64,000 nt of DNA from Nanobdellota archaeon (GTDB lineage Archaea > Nanobdellota > Nanobdellia > Pacearchaeales > GW2011-AR1). The translations under genes and the position numbers were made by a program. The number at the start of each line of letters is the position of its first letter. The stretch's first letter is position 1. This document shows positions 58,324-64,000 of this stretch, piece after piece. The notes under the pieces are model-generated. The model was given only the letters and a program-made list of their open reading frames with translations, was not told the origin of the DNA and made no database searches. The stretch spans positions 36,417 through 100,416 of the forward strand of contig JBBSYD010000032.1 in the NCBI GenBank assembly GCA_038045425.1, in the 5' to 3' direction.

Positions 58324-60083
58324 TGAGCAAAATAATTGGAATTGATTTGGGCACGACGTTTTCAGCGGTTAGTGTCATGGAGGGCGGAAAGCCAAAAATA
58401 ATTCCAGATGCAGAGGGAAAGAATACTATGCCTAGCGTAGTTTCAATAAATGGAAATGAGATTGTAGTTGGAGAGTTGGCTAAAAGAGGAGCAGTAGCAA
58501 ATCCGAAAAGTACTATCAGAAGTATTAAAAGAAAAATGGGGACTAAAGATAAAGTCAGTGTTGGACACAAAGAGTTCTCTCCAGAAGAAATATCCGCTAT
58601 GATTCTACAAAAACTGAAGAGAGATGCTGAAGTTTATTTAGGTCAAGAAATAAAAGATGCTGTAATAACAGTCCCTGCTTATTTTGGAGATGCACAGAGA
58701 AATGCGACAAAAGATGCAGGAGTCATTGCAGGACTTAATGTAAAAAGAATTATCAATGAACCTACTGCTGCGGCACTTGCTTATGGTTTAGACAGAGAAG
58801 ATGATCAAACTATATTAGTATTTGATTTCGGAGGAGGAACTTTTGACGTTTCTATTCTAGAACTTGGTGGAGGAGTATTTGAGGTAAAGTCAACAAGTGG
58901 AGATAATTATCTTGGCGGAGATGATATAGATGATTTAATAATTGAATATTTGGCTTCAGAATTCCAAAAGACTAATAATATTGATTTGAGAACTGATTTA
59001 GTTGCTATGCAAGTTCTTAGAAATGCGGCAGAAGTGGCAAAGATTGAACTTAGTAGTTCTCAAGAAACTAAAATAACTCTTCCTTATATTTGCACAGATG
59101 CTTCAGGACCAAAGCATTTAGATTTATCAATGACTAGAGCAACTCTTGAAACTATTTGTGAGCCAATATTTGAAAGACTTAAGGGACCAACAAAACAAGC
59201 ACTTAAAGATTCAAAGCTTGCTAAGATTGACAAAGTTATTTTAGTTGGAGGAAGTACAAGAATACCTAAAGTTAGAAGTATTGTTCAAGAAATTACGGGT
59301 TTAGTACCTGACACATCAATTAATCCTGATGAAGCTGTTTCTTTGGGTGCGGCTATTCAAGGAGGAATTATAAGCGGAGATATAAAAGATATATTATTAC
59401 TGGACGTTACTCCACTTACTTTGGGAATTGAAGTTATGGGAGGATTGCGTGCATCTTTGATTGAAAGAAATACTACTATTCCTACTAAGAAGAGTCAGGT
59501 ATTTACCACAACTATGGACAATCAGCAATCGGTTAATATTCATGTATTGCAAGGTGAAAGAGAAATGGCTGATGATAATATTTCATTGGGTATGTTTGAT
59601 TTACATGGAATTTTACCTGCACCTAGAAGTGTTCCTCAGATAGAAGTTTCATTTGATATTGACACTAATGGTATTGTAAAAGTTTCTGCAAAAGACCTTG
59701 GAACAGGTATAGAACAAAAAATAATTGTTACTGGTGGCTCTTTGACTGAAATGGAAATAAAGAAAATGGTTAAAGATTCTGAGAAATATAGAGAAGAAGA
59801 CCAAAGAAAAAGAGAGAATATAGAAACTAGACAGGAAGGGGAAGCTATAATTCATGCAACTGAAAAAATGATTGCTATGTATAAAGATAAAGTAGATGCT
59901 GACACTATAAACACAATCACAAGAGAAATTGAAGAACTAAAGGTATTGGTTAGGGATAATAATTCAAAAGCAATTAGAATAAAGATACAAAGTCTAGAAA
60001 AAGTTTCGCAAGAAATAGGAATAAAAATATATCAACAGAATGCTGCTGAAGCTGCGAAAAATAAGAAAGTTATTAGTCTTTAG
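58323..60083 (+). CDS. dnaK: molecular chaperone DnaK (Hsp70)
   Basis: [49 protein letters not shown] and [13 protein letters not shown]. Confidence 0.95.
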   Translation: MSKIIGIDLGTTFSAVSVMEGGKPKIIPDAEGKNTMPSVVSINGNEIVVGELAKRGAVANPKSTIRSIKRKMGTKDKVSVGHKEFSPEEISAMILQKLKRDAEVYLGQEIKDAVITVPAYFGDAQRNATKDAGVIAGLNVKRIINEPTAAALAYGLDREDDQTILVFDFGGGTFDVSILELGGGVFEVKSTSGDNYLGGDDIDDLIIEYLASEFQKTNNIDLRTDLVAMQVLRNAAEVAKIELSSSQETKITLPYICTDASGPKHLDLSMTRATLETICEPIFERLKGPTKQALKDSKLAKIDKVILVGGSTRIPKVRSIVQEITGLVPDTSINPDEAVSLGAAIQGGIISGDIKDILLLDVTPLTLGIEVMGGLRASLIERNTTIPTKKSQVFTTTMDNQQSVNIHVLQGEREMADDNISLGMFDLHGILPAPRSVPQIEVSFDIDTNGIVKVSAKDLGTGIEQKIIVTGGSLTEMEIKKMVKDSEKYREEDQRKRENIETRQEGEAIIHATEKMIAMYKDKVDADTINTITREIEELKVLVRDNNSKAIRIKIQSLEKVSQEIGIKIYQQNAAEAAKNKKVISL

Positions 60084-60144
60084 TTAGATTTTCTTGTTTG
60101 AGTGTACAACTTTTTCTGAAATTCGTTGGCTCATGACATAATTA

Positions 60145-60188
60145 CAGAGAATTCTGATAATCGTATCATCCTTTCGCAGAATTCTCTG
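60145..60188. terminator. 12-bp perfect inverted repeat (cagagaattctg ... cagaattctctg) with a 20-nt spacer, downstream of dnaK
   Basis: Perfect reverse-complement pair; candidate terminator or regulatory hairpin. Confidence 0.3.
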
Positions 60189-60328
60189 GACAGGGAACTC
60201 TGTACAAAACATGATACAACCAACAGAATTCCATGTATCTCTATATATTAATTATTTTTTATTGGTTTAAATAAATTTATATTCTAATTAGATAATAATT
60301 ATAAACTGACTGGATTTGCATTTAATGG

Positions 60329-60400
60329 GGCTTCATAGTCTAGTGGTAGGACAAATCTTTCACGTGGATTGGGCAGGGGTTCAATTCCCCTTGGGGCCAT
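60329..60400 (+). tRNA. tRNA-Val (anticodon CAC)
   Basis: Acceptor ggcttca/tggggcc (two G-U pairs), anticodon arm aatct-ttcacgt-ggatt, T-arm agggg-ttcaatt-cccct, discriminator A. The D-stem is short. Confidence 0.55.
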
Positions 60401-60470
60401 TTTAGATTAAAACTGGACGTATCAGGAAAAGAGATAATTGATAAGTTTATAGAATTAGTTTATTCAATTT

Positions 60471-60938
60471 TCAAAAAAGAGATCTTAGATTTCCTAAATA
60501 TACCTTATTTTCTTTAGGATTTCTTAAGTCTTCTGTAGGCGCCCAAGTAGCAAATTCTTTCTGATTTAAATTAAATGGTCCTGGAGAAATATTACAGAAA
60601 ATTGAATCTGGTTCTAATGCAAAACATGAATGCCAAATTCCTCCATTAACTAAGTGATAGTTTGTTCTTTCCCTACTTAATATAAATTTTTCATGAAGCT
60701 TTCCTTGTTTATCAAATGTGACTAGTGCAATACTTCCCCTTATGGGCATCCAAACTTCTTCAGCTTGATGTCTGTGTGGTTGTACATAACTTGCTGGTTG
60801 AATAGCATTATATAGTATCTGAAATCCTTTATAATTTTTATCTGTTAGAGGCATCGCAACTCTTCCTCTTTGTGCGGTTCTTGATTTTTCAACTAATGCA
60901 TCTAAATCATTGTTACTTATGTCTAACTGGTTTTTCAT
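60471..60938 (-). CDS. cupin-fold protein (WbuC-like)
   Basis: HRHQAEEVWMPIRGSIALVTFDKQGK is a cupin metal-site pattern. Sole ORF between tRNA-Val(CAC) and its partial duplicate. Confidence 0.45.
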   Translation of the reverse strand: MKNQLDISNNDLDALVEKSRTAQRGRVAMPLTDKNYKGFQILYNAIQPASYVQPHRHQAEEVWMPIRGSIALVTFDKQGKLHEKFILSRERTNYHLVNGGIWHSCFALEPDSIFCNISPGPFNLNQKEFATWAPTEDLRNPKENKVYLGNLRSLF

Positions 60939-61080
60939 ATAAATTGCTACTAAGAGGGGTTTTTAAATTCTTGCTTTTGTTACTTCTTAATAGTTATAAA
61001 GATAAGTTGTATAAAAATTAGATAAATGCAAGTTAGGAAACAATAAAGAGTATAAAAAAAGATTGAAAACTAATTCATAC

Positions 61081-61120
61081 TTTCACGTGAGGAAGGCAAG
61101 TATCTCCCTTGGGGCCATTT
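61081..61120 (+). repeat. att-like partial duplicate of the tRNA-Val(CAC) 3' half plus flank
   Basis: tttcacgtg (same as 60358..60366) and cccttggggccattt (same as 60388..60402) separated by a divergent 16-nt middle. Confidence 0.6.
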
Positions 61121-61364
61121 ATTCTCTTTTTGACCTTAGAGGTCCAAGGTTAGGAATTATAATTTCTCCAGTTATATGGCTCCTATCTTTTCCAACATAA
61201 ATTCTATTGCCCTCTGCAGATTGAGATACTAAAGCAGAATAATTTTCTAGTGCTCTTCGAATTACTTCCGTTCTAGAAGCCGCGCCAGTTGCTTCCAAGA
61301 GTTCAGCTAAACGGGATTCATCAACGCCAGGTAACTCTAAATTAAATCGATATTTTTTGGGCAT
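61119..61364 (-). CDS. ribbon-helix-helix (CopG/Arc-like) DNA-binding protein
   Basis: RFNLELPGVDESRLAELLEATGAASRTEVIRRALENY has the RHH pattern. The stop abuts the att-like repeat. Confidence 0.5.
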   Translation of the reverse strand: MPKKYRFNLELPGVDESRLAELLEATGAASRTEVIRRALENYSALVSQSAEGNRIYVGKDRSHITGEIIIPNLGPLRSKRE

Positions 61365-61444
61365 AAAAATTCAATTAGGAAGGTGTTTTTAAATGTTCCG
61401 AGTTAAAAGGGAAGATTTATTTAGTATTATCTGAAAGATGAATT

Positions 61445-62086
61445 ATGGATGAAGTATTTTTTCAGGAATTGCGAAAGAAAGTAAAACCTTATTTTATCGA
61501 GGGAGGAAGTCATGCGTTTGATCATGTTGAGAGAGTTTACAATCTTGCATTGAAGTTAGCTAATACTGAGAAAAATGTGGATTTAGATGTGCTTAAGGCG
61601 GCAGTTTTACTTCATGATGTTGCTAGACAAAAAGAAGATAAAAAAGAATGCGAATGCCATGCGGAAGAAGGTGCGAAGATGGCTGAAAAAATTTTGAATG
61701 AGATGAATTTTCAAGAAGATAAAATAAAAAAAGCTTCTTATGCCATTTATGTGCATAGACATAGTAAAGGAATGAAGGCAGAAACGAAGGAAGCTGAAAT
61801 TCTTCAGGATGCAGATAGACTTGATGCACTTGGAGCGATTACAATTGGAAGAATGTTTTCTAGTGGAGGAGAATTAAATCGTCCGTTGTATAATCCTAGT
61901 GTTCCTCTTGGAGATAAATCTGCTAAGTTTGAGACTTCTACTCTTCATGGATTTTATACTAAGATATTCAAGATAAAACCTGAGTGTTTTAATACTGATG
62001 AGGCAAAGAAAATTGCTAAGGGGAGATATAAGTTTGTTGAGGAATTTGTGGATAGATTTTTGAAAGAGTGGAATGGAGAATTATAA
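61445..62086 (+). CDS. HD-domain phosphohydrolase
   Basis: HAFDHVERV...LLHDVAR...DADRLDALG carries the H..HD..D metal-binding residues. Confidence 0.7.
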   Translation: MDEVFFQELRKKVKPYFIEGGSHAFDHVERVYNLALKLANTEKNVDLDVLKAAVLLHDVARQKEDKKECECHAEEGAKMAEKILNEMNFQEDKIKKASYAIYVHRHSKGMKAETKEAEILQDADRLDALGAITIGRMFSSGGELNRPLYNPSVPLGDKSAKFETSTLHGFYTKIFKIKPECFNTDEAKKIAKGRYKFVEEFVDRFLKEWNGEL

Positions 62087-62129
62087 TTAATATTTTTCTA
62101 AAAAATGCGGGCTTCGAAAGGTTTAAAAA

Positions 62130-62540
62130 TTGTTTCAGATGAAGATTTTTAAATGGAAGTCGCTCAGAGCGAGTTCTAAGAAGATTAAAATGACTACCAC
62201 TTCACATATAATTTCAAGCGAAAGAGAATTATTAGCTCTTAAAGGAGATTTTACAGAGTCTGTTAAGGTTACATTTCCTGATGAATCTAGTCCTCCTTTT
62301 TTGAGTGGATGGTATGTTTTTGAGAGATTGCCTGATAATAATTTATTTGTTAGAAAACGCCAAGATAATGGACTAATAGAAATAATAAGTTGTAGAACAA
62401 GATATTTACAATTTGATAGAAATCTGGGAATATTGCCTAATAATCTTTATTATGCCTATAGTCCTATGGGATTAAGAAGCGAGACAGAATATGCCTTAAT
62501 GAAAAAAAGATTAGAAACAATTGGTGAGTGGCGAGAATAA
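62130..62540 (+). CDS. hypothetical protein
   Basis: 136-aa ORF; start uncertain. Confidence 0.35.
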   Translation: MFQMKIFKWKSLRASSKKIKMTTTSHIISSERELLALKGDFTESVKVTFPDESSPPFLSGWYVFERLPDNNLFVRKRQDNGLIEIISCRTRYLQFDRNLGILPNNLYYAYSPMGLRSETEYALMKKRLETIGEWRE

Positions 62541-62878
62541 TATTTTTAATTGAGAATTATGATATTTAAAAAATGTGATATTTCTGATTTGGATGTTTAA
62601 CTGAAAAGTTATCAAACTAGAACTGGAAGATATTGGGCTAAAGAATTAAACTCGTAGGGAACTAAAGATTCTAGTCCTTTGAAAACGAGTTTTTTGTTTA
62701 GATTAGAAATGCCTTCTCTTACTCCTACTCCTGCGATAGACAAAGGGACAACGATTAATGAAGGGGAATAAATAAGAAAGTCTTTGACTTCTTGGAGAAG
62801 GTTAGATTTTTGAGAGTAGGAAATATCTGTATCCATGGATGTTTGATTGATTTTGATTTTTTAAGTTTTATTATGCTG

Positions 62879-63424
62879 TTAAATAGCTAATCCTCTAAGG
62901 AGATAACCGACTCCGAATGCTAAACTTGCTGCAATTCCTCCAATTATTAGCGTTTCCAATGCTGAATGAATTGGATGTTTCTTTACAACTTCTCCTCTAA
63001 TCCACCCTACAAATAAAAATGCAAAAACAGTTAAGATTATCGAATACTTAAATTGATTTGGAAGCAAAGAGGGATAAATTAACGCAAGAAGAAAAGAGAT
63101 AAGCGGAATTAAGCCTATTAACATAAATGAAATAAATGTTGCTAATCCTGTTTTTAGGGGATGTTTGAATTCTGGTTCGTTAGTATCAACTTTATGTAAT
63201 TCGATATGAGACTTATTGGATAAATAATTTGAGACAGCCATAGAAAATCCATCTCCAAAAAGATTTGCAAAACCTAAGATTATAACTATTCCTGGATTGA
63301 GGGATGCTCCGATTGCTCCCGCAACAACTGCAAAGGTAGTAACTGAACCATCAACTCCTCCGTAGACAAATTCTGGAAGATATTTTCTATAGACTCCTGC
63401 GTTTATTCCCCCTTCTGAAGACAT
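62879..63424 (-). CDS. VIT1/CCC1 family (vacuolar iron transporter-like) membrane protein
   Basis: VYGGVDGSVTTFAVVAGAIGA plus multiple TM helices. Confidence 0.65.
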   Translation of the reverse strand: MSSEGGINAGVYRKYLPEFVYGGVDGSVTTFAVVAGAIGASLNPGIVIILGFANLFGDGFSMAVSNYLSNKSHIELHKVDTNEPEFKHPLKTGLATFISFMLIGLIPLISFLLALIYPSLLPNQFKYSIILTVFAFLFVGWIRGEVVKKHPIHSALETLIIGGIAASLAFGVGYLLRGLAI

Positions 63425-63506
63425 AGAAAGAGTAAGGTGATTTGGTATATAAATCTTGCATCAAGTTCCTGGGCATAGTCATATTTAAAAATGAAGATTT
63501 CTGAAA

Positions 63507-63902
63507 ATGAAAATGAGTAGATTTGATGAACTTAAAAAAGACCTTGCTTATTGTTTGATACTTGGAGGAGTTGTTGGTTTGGCTGGATTAACTCGGAAAG
63601 ATTCTCATGCATTTAGTTATAATGGATGTTTGGACAGTATGCCTGGATATGAATGTAGTGTAATAGTTGATAAGAATGGAAGAAAAGTTGAAAGAAAGAT
63701 GATTGCGTTACATAAACTTGAAGATGGAAGAGAGGTTGCTTATGTAACTGCTAATTGGAATTTAGATTCTGGAGCGTGGAATATTCAAACTAATAGAACT
63801 GAGAGAGAAGGAGCAGTAGATAGATGTATTACCCCCGATCTTTGTGATAGAATTTATAGGGAAGCAGTTAGAGCAAAAGAAAAAGCGAATAATATAAAGT
63901 AA
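63507..63902 (+). CDS. hypothetical protein
   Basis: 131-aa ORF with an N-terminal hydrophobic segment. Confidence 0.4.
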   Translation: MKMSRFDELKKDLAYCLILGGVVGLAGLTRKDSHAFSYNGCLDSMPGYECSVIVDKNGRKVERKMIALHKLEDGREVAYVTANWNLDSGAWNIQTNRTEREGAVDRCITPDLCDRIYREAVRAKEKANNIK

Positions 63903-64000
63903 TCTTGATTAAAATTTTAAGGAGGTTAACATGGAAAATATAGGAATATTTGCTTTGATAGTATTGGTTTTTGCTTCGATTAAAATTATTACGATTTTAA

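Noticed and set aside
58298-59855. Short ORFs antisense to or inside dnaK (58298..58570, 59461..59643, 59649..59855)
   Set aside because: They overlap the DnaK coding sequence and lack any motifs.
60327-60403. Initial failure to fold the tRNA at 60329 (apparent lack of a 5' acceptor complement)
   Set aside because: Resolved by allowing two G-U pairs (ggcttca/tggggcc), which gives a standard cloverleaf with anticodon CAC. It is kept as a tRNA at moderate confidence, not as a pseudogene.
62612-62836. 74-aa minus-strand ORF between the hypothetical gene and the VIT transporter
   Set aside because: It has no motifs and odd composition, and may be intergenic. Not reported as a gene.

Overview
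This AT-rich window (GC roughly 30 percent) is archaeal, not bacterial. It carries a group II chaperonin (thermosome), an MCM-like helicase, TrmB and Lrp/AsnC regulators, TruD/Pus7, an archaeal-type tRNA-Tyr with the C1-G72 pair, and two tRNAs with introns at the canonical 37/38 position. Many proteins are small and divergent, which fits a small-genome (DPANN-like) archaeon, though that placement is an inference. Housekeeping content: a grpE-dnaK operon with a divergent J-domain protein, two paralogous DEAD-box helicases with RG-rich tails, a Dus-family tRNA-dihydrouridine synthase (type not assigned), TyrA, a RecJ/GAN-like DHH protein, an SNF2 helicase, an isoprenoid pair (IDI type 1 fused to YjbQ, next to a polyprenyl synthase-like gene), Nif3, Fic, MscS and a VIT transporter. 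I found five tRNAs (Tyr-GTA and Gly-GCC with introns, two Val-TAC and one Val-CAC) and no rRNA or CRISPR array. The main accessory finding is a 6.76 kb transposon-like unit at 32884..39647. It is bounded by 20-bp imperfect inverted repeats and a 9-bp direct target duplication (ATTGAAACT). It carries a SWIM-DDE transposase, a single-chain Type IIG restriction-modification enzyme and an unusual RNase HIII-like/zinc-ribbon/PIN fusion protein. Other mobile-looking features are two ~0.7 kb islets at tRNA-Val genes with att-like partial duplications of the tRNA 3' half, and a ~3.5 kb islet flanked by 56-bp direct repeats that rebuild the 3' end of a DEAD-box helicase gene. Also present: a 40-bp perfect direct repeat around a small ORF, a radical SAM gene broken in an A9 homopolymer, a partial cyclodipeptide-synthase-like gene at the window edge, and two arrays of consecutive perfect hairpins flanking one small ORF. 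All calls come from reading the sequence and from motif knowledge; I could run no database searches.
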